Part shown: positions 1 to 7,271 of the stretch, piece by piece
Position numbering within the stretch: position 1 is the stretch's first letter
How the letters are laid out: every line of letters starts with the position of its first letter
IMG/VR virus record: IMGVR_UViG_3300045988_068374
Origin: a virus
Strand: one strand, 5' to 3'
DNA: 43,354 nt
Notes under the pieces: model-generated
Database searches by the model: none
What the model saw: only the letters and a program-made list of their open reading frames with translations
What the model was told of the DNA's origin: nothing
Translations under genes and position numbers: made by a program

Positions 1-138
1 ACGGCGCATGGCAACAGCTCCGTTTCGGCGTGTGACAGCAGCTCCGTTACGGCGTGTGACAGCAGCTCCGTTACGGCGCATGGCAACAGCTCCGTTTCGG
101 CGTGTGACAGCAGCTCCGTTACGGCGTATGGCAACAGC
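1..138 (+). repeat. 24-nt tandem repeat array (second half), coding
   Basis: Units such as acggcgcatggcaacagctccgtt and tcggcgtgtgacagcagctccgtt repeat head to tail. The phase equals the reading frame. Confidence 0.9.
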
Positions 139-621
139 CAAATTGTAAACGTTGCACGAAATAACAACATCAAAGTCAGCGGCAATGCACGTATAGTTTA
201 CAATCCTTCAAACATTGATGAATACATAGATTTTCACGGGTTGGACGCGAACGGTACAACGGTCAAGCTGTATAAAGCCGTGCATTTCTACAACGGCGCA
301 TATCACGCAGACTACGACAGTAGTTTTATCTACACCATAGACGAAACTGTTACACCCAATAACGGTTTTACCGACAGCGTACTAAGCAACTGCGGTGCCG
401 GTATCCATCTTGCGCACAAGGCGTGGGCTATCAGCTACGGTGCAAACTGGTCTGATCTTGCGATTTTGGAATGCGAATGCGAAAAATCCGATGTGCTTGT
501 GCCGCTGTATGGTGACGGCAAAGTCAGGGCACGCAAAGCAAAGGTGCTGCGCGAAGTGCCGCTTGAAGAATGCGGACTGTACGGCAAAATAATTGCGAAA
601 AGGCGGGCAAACAATGAATAA
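1..621 (+). CDS. octapeptide-repeat protein, C-terminal part (continues from 43079..43354 across the window junction)
   Basis: Frame 1 is open from base 1 to TAA 619-621. It begins inside the repeat TAHGNSSV SACDSSSV TACDSSSV, identical in unit and phase to the ORF that runs off the 3' end. C-terminal globular domain carries a CGAGIHLAHKAW motif. Confidence 0.75.
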   Translation, partial: TAHGNSSVSACDSSSVTACDSSSVTAHGNSSVSACDSSSVTAYGNSQIVNVARNNNIKVSGNARIVYNPSNIDEYIDFHGLDANGTTVKLYKAVHFYNGAYHADYDSSFIYTIDETVTPNNGFTDSVLSNCGAGIHLAHKAWAISYGANWSDLAILECECEKSDVLVPLYGDGKVRARKAKVLREVPLEECGLYGKIIAKRRANNE

Positions 622-1126
622 ATACACGATCTTCATAGCGCAGGTGTGCGCGGTGCTGCTGGCGCTGATAGTCATGATACTGCTTGCCCTTGACGGCGGT
701 GAGGCCGACGCGGACGGTGTACCGCCCGAGGTTGATACGAACGGATTGTGCGTAGTGGAAGTGGCAGAGCCTGAGTACGAAATGTACTTTACCGAGGCCG
801 ATGTGATAGCCCTTGCGCAGATGCTATACGGCGAGGCTCGTGGCTGCACGGTAGACAATCAGGCAAAGTGCGTGTGGTGCGTACTTAACCGCGTGGACGA
901 TGCACGGTTTCCCGATACCATCATCGGCGTTGTATCGCAGTCCGGCCAGTTTCACGGCTATAGCCCGTATTTCCCCGTGTGGGACAACCTGTACGCCGTC
1001 GCGCTCGATGTGCTTACACGCTGGAGCATGGAAAAGCAGGGCGCGGATGTGGCAAGGGAGCTTGATGCAAGCTTTGTATGGTTTACGGGCAATGGCGTTG
1101 AAAATGTGTTCAGGGGGGCGTACTGA
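614..1126 (+). CDS. SleB-type cell wall hydrolase (Hydrolase_2-like) with N-terminal membrane anchor
   Basis: MNKYTIFIAQVCAVLLALIVMILLAL is a hydrophobic anchor. The motif LYGEARGC...VWCVLNRVDDARFPDTI..VVSQSGQFHGY is typical of SleB/CwlJ-family hydrolases. The ATG at 614 overlaps the upstream stop. Confidence 0.75.
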   Translation: MNKYTIFIAQVCAVLLALIVMILLALDGGEADADGVPPEVDTNGLCVVEVAEPEYEMYFTEADVIALAQMLYGEARGCTVDNQAKCVWCVLNRVDDARFPDTIIGVVSQSGQFHGYSPYFPVWDNLYAVALDVLTRWSMEKQGADVARELDASFVWFTGNGVENVFRGAY

Positions 1127-1942
1127 ATGCTGAAATGCGAGATTTACCACGATAATTTTCAAAACTTCAAAAAGTACAACATCCCCAAAGCCCAGCTTGT
1201 AATCGCGGATATCCCCTACAACATCGGCACGGATGCTTACGGCAGCAATCCCAATTGGTACAACGGCGGCGACAACAAAAACGGAGAAAGCAAGCTTGCG
1301 AAGAAATCGTTTTTCAACAGTGACGGTTATTTCAAGATAGCGGAATATATGCATTTTTGTAGCCGCCTGTTGAAGCCTGAGCCGAAAGAAAAAGGTAAAG
1401 CGCCGGCAATGATTGTATTCTGCGCGTTTGAGCAGATACAGACCGTAACCGAGTACGGCAAGAAATACGGATTTAACAATTCATTTCCGCTGTTTTTCTG
1501 CAAAAACTATTCCGCACAAGTGCTAAAGGCAAATATGCGTATTGTCGGAGCTACGGAGTTTGCCGTTGTGCTGTACCGCGATAAGCTGCCCAAGTTTAAT
1601 AACGGGCGGCAAACAGACCCTGAAACGGGCAAGCCTATACGCGGCACCGGGCATATGATTTTTGACTGGTTTACATGGGAACGCGACGGAAAAGACATTC
1701 CCAAAATACACCCTACGCAAAAGCCGATTAAAGTGCTGCAAAGGCTGATAGAGATATTCACCGACGAGGGCGACGTTGTCATAGACCCGTGTTGCGGCTC
1801 GGCTTCTACACTTCGCGCAGCACGGGACATAGGACGGAGCGCATACGGCTTTGAGATAGATAAAAACTTTTATGCCCGCGCAAAATCGGAAATGCTCGTA
1901 CCGTCTGCGCAGATAGAAATGGGGGACATACTGAATGGCTGA
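1127..1942 (+). CDS. DNA methyltransferase (N6-adenine/N4-cytosine family, beta-class motif order), orphan
   Basis: Catalytic-type motif VIADIPYN (a DPPY variant) sits near the N-terminus. SAM-binding motif VVIDPCCGSASTLRAARDIGRSAYGFEID sits near the C-terminus. No adjacent restriction enzyme gene. Confidence 0.85.
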   Translation: MLKCEIYHDNFQNFKKYNIPKAQLVIADIPYNIGTDAYGSNPNWYNGGDNKNGESKLAKKSFFNSDGYFKIAEYMHFCSRLLKPEPKEKGKAPAMIVFCAFEQIQTVTEYGKKYGFNNSFPLFFCKNYSAQVLKANMRIVGATEFAVVLYRDKLPKFNNGRQTDPETGKPIRGTGHMIFDWFTWERDGKDIPKIHPTQKPIKVLQRLIEIFTDEGDVVIDPCCGSASTLRAARDIGRSAYGFEIDKNFYARAKSEMLVPSAQIEMGDILNG

Positions 1943-2282
1943 ATACATAGACAGAGATGCGATATATACGGCATTTGCGAATGCTTGTACAGACGTACTC
2001 GAAAGAGCATCCGAAATTGATTATATTGCTGGCTTTAGCGATGAACTCGTTATAGAAATACTGGACAATATACCTACCGTCAACGTCGCGCCTATAAAGC
2101 ATGGACGGTGGGATGACATACCGAATGCATACATGTCTGTAGTAAGTAAAACCGGGGCATATCACGGGAACGCTACAACTTGTTCAGTGTGTCTTGAGGT
2201 AAATCCGAACGCATTCAAGACCAACTACTGCCCCAACTGTGGGGCAAAAATGGCCGGAGGCAACACAAATGAGCCTGTTTAG
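1935..2282 (+). CDS. hypothetical protein, MAEYIDRDA family (paralog A), C-terminal CxxC...CxxC zinc ribbon
   Basis: ATGGCTGA overlap with the methyltransferase stop. The N-terminus MAEYIDRDA..NIP..V.VAP is shared with 3162..3410. C-terminus has CSVC...CPNC. Confidence 0.65.
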   Translation: MAEYIDRDAIYTAFANACTDVLERASEIDYIAGFSDELVIEILDNIPTVNVAPIKHGRWDDIPNAYMSVVSKTGAYHGNATTCSVCLEVNPNAFKTNYCPNCGAKMAGGNTNEPV

Positions 2283-2505
2283 CGACTACGAAGCAGAAAG
2301 GGCATTTGCTGAAAACTATCCGTTTGGTGTGCCGGGTGACGTATGGCAAACCAAAGACGGCACGAAGATCAAAGTATCAAAAATGACCACACAGCACATC
2401 AAAAACTGCATGCGAATAGTCGGTGTGGCCGATGGCTGGTATGCGGTGTTTCAGGAAGAATTGAAAAGGAGGGTATCAAATGACAGACGAAACAATAACA
2501 TATAA
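2269..2505 (+). CDS. hypothetical protein
   Basis: Internal ATG (MSLFSDYEAE) of track ORF 2239..2505. It overlaps neighbouring genes in operon style. Confidence 0.5.
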   Translation: MSLFSDYEAERAFAENYPFGVPGDVWQTKDGTKIKVSKMTTQHIKNCMRIVGVADGWYAVFQEELKRRVSNDRRNNNI

Positions 2506-2656
2506 GCCCGCGAGAAACATATCAATTGAAATTTCGGATTTTATGGACTGGTTTTCAGGAGAAGACCCCAACGAATACGAAAAAGGTATAGTGGTAGGTT
2601 TGCACATTGCGCGGACGATTGCCGAAGTCGTAGAGCGAAGAGGCGAGGAGGACTGA
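2480..2656 (+). CDS. small hypothetical protein (58 aa), paralog of 3392..3592; below the ORF-track length cutoff
   Basis: ggagggtatcaaATG context is almost identical to that of 3392. Translation MTDETITYKPARNISIEISDFMDWFSGEDPNEYEKGIVVGLHIARTIAEVVERRGEED aligns along its full length with the 3392 product. Confidence 0.65.
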   Translation: MTDETITYKPARNISIEISDFMDWFSGEDPNEYEKGIVVGLHIARTIAEVVERRGEED

Positions 2657-2658
2657 CA

Positions 2659-3012
2659 ATGGCTGATATCATTCACAAGCCTACAAAAAGCGAATTCAAG
2701 CGCATGGCGGCACAGCTGGGCTATGCCCGCCTGTGCGAGTTAGCCGAGGCAGACAGAGACGGGCGCGTAGTGGTGCTGCCGTGCAAGGTGGGCGATGTTG
2801 TGTACGGATTCCACGGGGAAAAGACCATATTGCCGATGGTGGCAAAATGGATCGAAACGAACACTGACGGATGGTGCATTGCAGTACAATACACGCCAAT
2901 GCCCCCAAGGTTTTATCGGTTTTCCGATTTTGGCAAGACCGTATTCCTGACCCGCGAGGAGGCGAAAAAAGCATTGGAGGCAAGGAAAGATGGCGTCGAA
3001 ACTGATCTGTGA
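2659..3012 (+). CDS. hypothetical phage protein
   Basis: 117-aa ORF tightly packed in the operon. Motif DRDGRVVVLPCKVGDVVY...VFLTREEAKKALE recurs in Firmicutes phage early regions (from memory). Confidence 0.6.
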   Translation: MADIIHKPTKSEFKRMAAQLGYARLCELAEADRDGRVVVLPCKVGDVVYGFHGEKTILPMVAKWIETNTDGWCIAVQYTPMPPRFYRFSDFGKTVFLTREEAKKALEARKDGVETDL

Positions 3013-3169
3013 CCGCTGCGGCGCGGAGATAAACCCAATGAGCTCCGTGACCTACGCAGGAATGCGACGGCTTAAAATGGACATAAACGACAACGACTAC
3101 GAGCTGTGCGTTTCGTGCGCGCACAAGCTGCGTGAGTGGCTTAGTGGGAAGGAGAGCGAAGATGGCTGA
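2990..3169 (+). CDS. small zinc-ribbon-like protein (59 aa); below the ORF-track cutoff
   Basis: Translation MASKLICDRCGAEINPM...YELCVSCAHKLREWL has two CxxC pairs. It overlaps both neighbours (ATGGCTGA junction with 3162). Confidence 0.5.
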   Translation: MASKLICDRCGAEINPMSSVTYAGMRRLKMDINDNDYELCVSCAHKLREWLSGKESEDG

Positions 3170-3410
3170 ATACATAGACAGGGACGCGGCGCTTACAGCT
3201 GTTGATGAAACATACCTTGATTACTTAGTTGTTGTTCGAGACGCAGTACTAAACATTCCTGCCGCTGATGTTGCGCCGGTGGTGCGCTGCAAGGACTGCA
3301 AACAACTTCAATGCTGCAATTTCACACAGTTTCTTGGGGCCGATGGGTATTGCAGTTACGGAGAATATAAGCGCAACACGGAGGGTATCAAATGGCAGAC
3401 AAAACGATAA
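3162..3410 (+). CDS. hypothetical protein, MAEYIDRDA family (paralog B)
   Basis: Internal ATG of track ORF 3132..3410. The first 27 nt are nearly identical to 1935. Contains the NIPAADVAPVVRCKDCK motif. Confidence 0.65.
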   Translation: MAEYIDRDAALTAVDETYLDYLVVVRDAVLNIPAADVAPVVRCKDCKQLQCCNFTQFLGADGYCSYGEYKRNTEGIKWQTKR

Positions 3411-3592
3411 TGTATAAACCCGAAAAGAGCATTTCGGTTGAAATCTTGGATTTTCTCGATTGGTTTTCAGATTTTCTCGATTGGTTTTCATCGGACGAGC
3501 CTAACGAATACGAAAAAGGCATTATGATAGGTTTGCGTATAGCACAGACGATTGCCGAAATCGTAGAGCGAAATAACGAGGTGAACACATGA
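3392..3592 (+). CDS. small hypothetical protein, paralog of 2480..2656, with an internal 7-aa duplication
   Basis: MADKTIMYKPEKSISVEILDFLDWFSDFLDWFSSDEPNEYEKG... Same RBS context as the paralog. Confidence 0.65.
   Translation: MADKTIMYKPEKSISVEILDFLDWFSDFLDWFSSDEPNEYEKGIMIGLRIAQTIAEIVERNNEVNT
3449..3490 (+). repeat. perfect 21-bp tandem duplication inside a CDS
   Basis: gattttctcgattggttttca occurs twice back to back (3449-3469 and 3470-3490), encoding DFLDWFS twice. The paralog at 2480 has one copy. Confidence 0.9.
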
Positions 3593-4245
3593 CAGCAGCA
3601 GAAGCGAAAAGGATTATACACCCCGACACTACAGCAGAAGCGCTTGCAGAAATCGAAGGCCAGAGCGCAAAAGTTACCGCAGTTGATGAGGCTTGCTTAG
3701 TGGCCTGCGTCGCGCTTGATAAGCAGATACCTGAAAATCATTTTCAAAATGAATGTGAGTGTGTTGTTGATTACGGGATGTTGTACAAGTCTATTGATAA
3801 TAAATGTAGAAGCCAAAACTGCTATCTACACAATGAGTACAGAATTGTTTTGAGAAATGGCTATCCTACCGTTTGTATCAACAGACAAAGATGTTATGTT
3901 CATATTCTTATTGGTGAGCTTGTATACGGAAAAATACGAAAAGGCTATGTTATTCATCATAAGGATAAAAACAAGTTAAACGCTATGCCTAACAACCTTG
4001 AACTTATGACAAGTTATAAACATTCTAAAATACACGGTGAAGAAAGAAAAGGAATAGACCTGAGAAGTGAAGAAGGCAAACAGAAAAGCATAAATGCGGC
4101 AGCAAAAGCAAGAAAAAGAAGTGATGTAACTATCGAAAAGGTAGAAGAACTTAGACGAAACGGCTTTACAATACCTGAAATTGCAAAAAAACTTAATTGT
4201 GGAGTGAATACTGTAAGCCGCAGATTAGGAATGAAAGATTATTAG
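3589..4245 (+). CDS. HNH homing endonuclease with C-terminal HTH, fused in frame to about 50 N-terminal residues of a GC-rich phage gene
   Basis: HHKDKNKLNAMPNNLELMTSYKHSKIH is an HNH_3-type motif. The C-terminus GFTIPEIAKKLNCGVNTVSRRL is an HTH. Sequence turns visibly AT-rich from about 3735 onward. Confidence 0.8.
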   Translation: MTAAEAKRIIHPDTTAEALAEIEGQSAKVTAVDEACLVACVALDKQIPENHFQNECECVVDYGMLYKSIDNKCRSQNCYLHNEYRIVLRNGYPTVCINRQRCYVHILIGELVYGKIRKGYVIHHKDKNKLNAMPNNLELMTSYKHSKIHGEERKGIDLRSEEGKQKSINAAAKARKRSDVTIEKVEELRRNGFTIPEIAKKLNCGVNTVSRRLGMKDY

Positions 4246-4262
4246 GACTGGGGTGATATCAA

Positions 4263-4493
4263 ATGACACGCGGCGAATACATGCGACGCGCTCGCAGAAA
4301 CGCGGAGCTTACAATCAAGCAGCTTGCAGCGTTATCGGGCGTATCGGCAAACGCGATAGGCGGCCTTGAGCGCGGCAAAAGAATTAGCGGCCAGTACATG
4401 ACTATTGAAGTATTGGCCGACGCGCTCGGACTTAGCATCGATGAGTACACAGGCCACCGCCGGAGGGCAAGCAATGTCACGCAAAAGGATTAG
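4263..4493 (+). CDS. XRE-family HTH transcriptional regulator
   Basis: LTIKQLAALSGVSANAIGGLERGKR is a classic HTH_3 pattern. Confidence 0.8.
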   Translation: MTRGEYMRRARRNAELTIKQLAALSGVSANAIGGLERGKRISGQYMTIEVLADALGLSIDEYTGHRRRASNVTQKD

Positions 4494-4647
4494 GAACAAG
4501 CGCTGCCCATATAGTGCAAGCTGCTTTACCTGTCCGCTGCGCGACTGCATCATATACGCTCCGGCACAGATAAATTGCCTGCCTGTTGATTTTGAGCAAG
4601 GCAACATAAACAGCGATATTGTAAAGGAGGTAAAAGCGCATGGGTAA
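4474..4647 (+). CDS. small Cys-rich protein (57 aa)
   Basis: Internal ATG of track ORF 4405..4647. MSRKRIRNKRCPYSASCFTCPLRDC carries four Cys. Operon-style overlaps. Confidence 0.45.
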   Translation: MSRKRIRNKRCPYSASCFTCPLRDCIIYAPAQINCLPVDFEQGNINSDIVKEVKAHG

Positions 4648-4963
4648 GCAATCAGCATTTGCAAAGGCTGTGCAGCGTGAAGTTAACATCCAGCTACAGC
4701 TTTACGGGCGTAACCGCATGCAGCTTGCGGAGGACGCTGCTTTTATGGCCGCTAATGAAGTGCTGGGCTTAGGCTCAGGCCGTGCACGGGCATTCGGTGA
4801 GGCGTTTGTAAAGTATTCAAACGAGATCGCGGACTTGGTAGTAGAGGACAGCAAGGCCGACGACGAGATCGTATATGCAAAGGCTGTACTTGATCGGCGC
4901 ATCCGTGAAATAGTGGGCGAGGAAAACTTCTCGCCATTCGATGAAAGGTATGGTAGGCGATAA
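4640..4963 (+). CDS. hypothetical protein
   Basis: AAAGGAGG lies 9 nt upstream of the ATG at 4640. 107-aa ORF. Confidence 0.65.
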   Translation: MGKQSAFAKAVQREVNIQLQLYGRNRMQLAEDAAFMAANEVLGLGSGRARAFGEAFVKYSNEIADLVVEDSKADDEIVYAKAVLDRRIREIVGEENFSPFDERYGRR

Positions 4964-5124
4964 TGGCAAAGAACGTAGGCTGGGAGGCCAAAAGCAACCA
5001 CGATGGCAGCTATACAGTAACCGTTAACGGTAAGCAATACTATTGTGCAGATACACATGAATTTCTTCATTTTTTAGAGGATATCGGGGAAAGGTGGGAG
5101 GACAGTGAAATTCGAAAAAGATGA
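4963..5124 (+). CDS. possible small protein (53 aa)
   Basis: TAATG coupling to the upstream stop. Translation begins MAKNVGWEAKSNHDGSYTVTVNGKQYYCADTHEFLHFLEDIGERWED. No family recognised. Confidence 0.35.
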   Translation: MAKNVGWEAKSNHDGSYTVTVNGKQYYCADTHEFLHFLEDIGERWEDSEIRKR

Positions 5125-5458
5125 ACGCCGCGAGTTTTCGACCGGCGCTGTAAGGGATAAGGCCGACGGGAAAGGTCGCTATGATCTTGCGCCGTGGGGA
5201 GCGATACACGCCCTTGCACAGCACTGTGAGCGCGGTGCTATCCACTACGGGGAACGCAACGTCGACAAAGGCATACCCCAGCACAGCTTGATAGACAGCG
5301 GCATACGGCATCTTAGCCTGTACATACAGGGCGACGCGGAAGCGCATCACCTTGTAGCGGCGCTGTGGAATATAGCGTGGGCTGTGGAGCAGGAAATAAA
5401 ACGGCCTGAAATGGTTGATTTGCCCGAACGCGGCGAACATTCGGGCATAGCATTTTGA
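5105..5458 (+). CDS. DUF5664 / dATP-dGTP pyrophosphohydrolase-like (MazG-related) protein
   Basis: GTG start 5 nt after GGGAGG. Motifs STGAVRD...GKGRYDL.PWGA...LA.HCERGA..YGERN..KGIP...IDSGIRH...GD.EAHHLVAALWN match my memory of that family. Confidence 0.55.
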   Translation: MKFEKDERREFSTGAVRDKADGKGRYDLAPWGAIHALAQHCERGAIHYGERNVDKGIPQHSLIDSGIRHLSLYIQGDAEAHHLVAALWNIAWAVEQEIKRPEMVDLPERGEHSGIAF

Positions 5459-5491
5459 AAGAAATTGCAAGTAAGGAGGAAGGAAAGAAGA

Positions 5492-5773
5492 ATGAAGATC
5501 TACATAGCCGGAAAGATCACCGGCAAGCTCAATTACAAAGAGGAATTCGATATCGCCGCGACGAGCCTTGAGGCGCAGGGACATATCGTATTAAATCCTG
5601 CTGAGCTGCCGGAGGGCATGCTCCCGGCAGACTATATGCGCATCTGCTTCGCAATGATAGATACGGCCGACGCGATCTACCTGCTTAAGGACTGGTGTAG
5701 CAGCTTCGGCGCTTTTATCGAGCGGGACTACGCAATGTATACCGGCAAGTCAATACTTACTGAAGGAGAATAA
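5492..5773 (+). CDS. DUF4406 / nucleoside 2-deoxyribosyltransferase-like protein
   Basis: MKIYIAGKITG... is the N-terminus characteristic of DUF4406. Internal ATG with an AGGAGGAAGGAAAG purine-rich RBS region. Confidence 0.6.
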   Translation: MKIYIAGKITGKLNYKEEFDIAATSLEAQGHIVLNPAELPEGMLPADYMRICFAMIDTADAIYLLKDWCSSFGAFIERDYAMYTGKSILTEGE

Positions 5774-5775
5774 AC

Positions 5776-6066
5776 ATGAAAAGATTACTATATATAATAC
5801 GCATGTGGCTGCTTGATGTTCTCGGGGGTGTGTCAAAGCCGCATTATGATTATTTATATGGCCTGCTGCATAGCGAACGCAGAGACCACAACATGATATG
5901 TTGCGAATACGATGACGAAATACGCGACTACCGCATAGCCGTGCGCGAGATATGCCGTCGTAGCGAAACTACATATTACGACTGGTGCTGCGATCAGTGC
6001 GCTTGCAACTGCGATAAGCGCAACGGCTGGTGTAACGATTTTGAGCCTGTGCGCTATGAAAAGTGA
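5776..6066 (+). CDS. Cys-rich hypothetical protein
   Basis: 96-aa ORF with Cys clusters CCEYDD...WCCDQCACNCDKRNGWC. Confidence 0.55.
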   Translation: MKRLLYIIRMWLLDVLGGVSKPHYDYLYGLLHSERRDHNMICCEYDDEIRDYRIAVREICRRSETTYYDWCCDQCACNCDKRNGWCNDFEPVRYEK

Positions 6067-6271
6067 TTGCCGTAATTGCCCGGATCGGACTGTGAAATGC
6101 CATGCAACGTGCGAACGGTACAAGGCGTTTTGCGAAAGAAACGAAGCTATCAAGGCCGCAAGGCGGGAAGATTATTCAGCAAAGGGCATATTGGTTGCAG
6201 GCTACATAAAACGAGCTAAGGCCGTGCGGACGAAAACACAAAAAATGGTGTGGAGGTATCGCGGAACATGA
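6056..6271 (+). CDS. Cys-rich hypothetical protein
   Basis: Internal ATG. Translation begins MKSDCRNCPDRTVKCHATCERYKAFCERNEA. Confidence 0.5.
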   Translation: MKSDCRNCPDRTVKCHATCERYKAFCERNEAIKAARREDYSAKGILVAGYIKRAKAVRTKTQKMVWRYRGT

Positions 6272-6492
6272 ACAATCAATGCAGGCGCATGATAACACAC
6301 ATGCGGGAACACGGCAGCATATCCAGCCTTGAAGCGCAATCGGAATACGGTATTATGCGCGCGTCCAGTCGCGTCTACGATCTGCGCAACATGGGCTTTG
6401 AAATCAAAACCACAATGGAAAAAGGCCGCAACAGGTACGGCGAGGCGACAAGGTACGCAAGGTATACGCTGGGGAGGAATGGCGGTGGCTGA
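6268..6492 (+). CDS. winged-helix DNA-binding protein (HTH_39-like)
   Basis: ATGA overlap with the upstream gene. Pattern GSISSLEAQSEYGIMRASSRVYDLRNMGFEIKT resembles helix-turn-helix family HTH_39. Confidence 0.6.
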   Translation: MNNQCRRMITHMREHGSISSLEAQSEYGIMRASSRVYDLRNMGFEIKTTMEKGRNRYGEATRYARYTLGRNGGG

Positions 6493-6712
6493 TTATGGCG
6501 ATTATAAAGTGCTGTGTCCGTTTTGGTCGAAGGGCTCGGCGCGAGAAAACAAAATATTCTGCGAGGGCTTTTGCCCGGATGCACGGTTGCAGCTATGGTT
6601 TAAAGGAAATGAAAAGAAGCGCAAGGCATTCATCACAAAATATTGCAGCAATAGTTATGCCATGTGTCCGGCGTACAAGATCACGGAAGCAAAATACAAC
6701 GAAAGAGGGTAG
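6479..6712 (+). CDS. Cys-rich hypothetical protein (start may be GTG 6485)
   Basis: GGGGAGG precedes the start. Translation DYKVLCPFWSK...IFCEGFCPD...YCSNSYAMCPAY. Last gene before a terminator. Confidence 0.55.
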   Translation: MAVADYGDYKVLCPFWSKGSARENKIFCEGFCPDARLQLWFKGNEKKRKAFITKYCSNSYAMCPAYKITEAKYNERG

Positions 6713-6740
6713 CGCATTATGCGTTACCCTTTATTTTTTC
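6707..6740 (+). terminator. rho-independent terminator ending the early operon
   Basis: GGGTAGCGC-attat-GCGTTACCC stem (one G-T pair) followed by TTTATTTTTT. Confidence 0.7.
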
Positions 6741-6789
6741 GGCAAGGGTGGTGTTACATTGTGCGCCCTTTGTATTTCATAATGGTGAT

Positions 6790-7269
6790 ATGGATATTTG
6801 GGATGATATCAAAACTGAATACATTACATCAGGCATCGGTACACGGCCGCTTGCTGCAAAATATAAGGTATCGTACAGCACCTTGCGCAAACGTGCGCAG
6901 AGGGAGCAGTGGGCGCAGGAAAGGACGCAGTTCAGGGCGCAAAGGGACGCAGACCGTGTAAAAGCACAATGCGAGATAGCATATCAGGAATACAAAAGCC
7001 TGTTGGAGGCCGCAGGGCTGCTTTCAAGCAAGATATGCAGCGCTGTAGCGCAGATAACGGATGAGGATATTCTAAAGGATAAACGCGGCTTACGCAGCCT
7101 TACAGGGGCTATGAAGGACTTGGCCGACATTCAGGGCGTGAAGAGCGACGCGGACAAGCGCGAGCAGGAGGCGCGGATCAAAAACCTTGAACGCCAGGCA
7201 GCGCCGGATGCACAGCCGGAGCCGGTGCGCGTTATCATTGCCGGTGCGGACGGCTTTTGCAGTAAGTAG
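6790..7269 (+). CDS. terS: terminase small subunit
   Basis: Internal ATG. N-terminal HTH-like DDIKTEYITSGIGTRPLAAKYKVSYSTLRKRAQREQW, then a coiled-coil. Lies immediately upstream of TerL. Confidence 0.75.
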   Translation: MDIWDDIKTEYITSGIGTRPLAAKYKVSYSTLRKRAQREQWAQERTQFRAQRDADRVKAQCEIAYQEYKSLLEAAGLLSSKICSAVAQITDEDILKDKRGLRSLTGAMKDLADIQGVKSDADKREQEARIKNLERQAAPDAQPEPVRVIIAGADGFCSK

Positions 7270-7271
7270 CT

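Noticed and set aside
5024-5584. 186-aa minus-strand ORF opposite the DUF5664-like and DUF4406-like genes
   Set aside because: It is a shadow ORF. The plus-strand genes have family-specific motifs and RBSs, and everything else in this operon is on the plus strand.
6664-6789. Long N-terminal extensions of ORF-track entries (e.g. 6664 for terS, 14132, 27149, 10449, 35608, 36221)
   Set aside because: The extensions overlap upstream genes, terminators or repeat arrays and lack an RBS. Internal starts with a good SD or ATGA/TAATG coupling fit the operon structure better.
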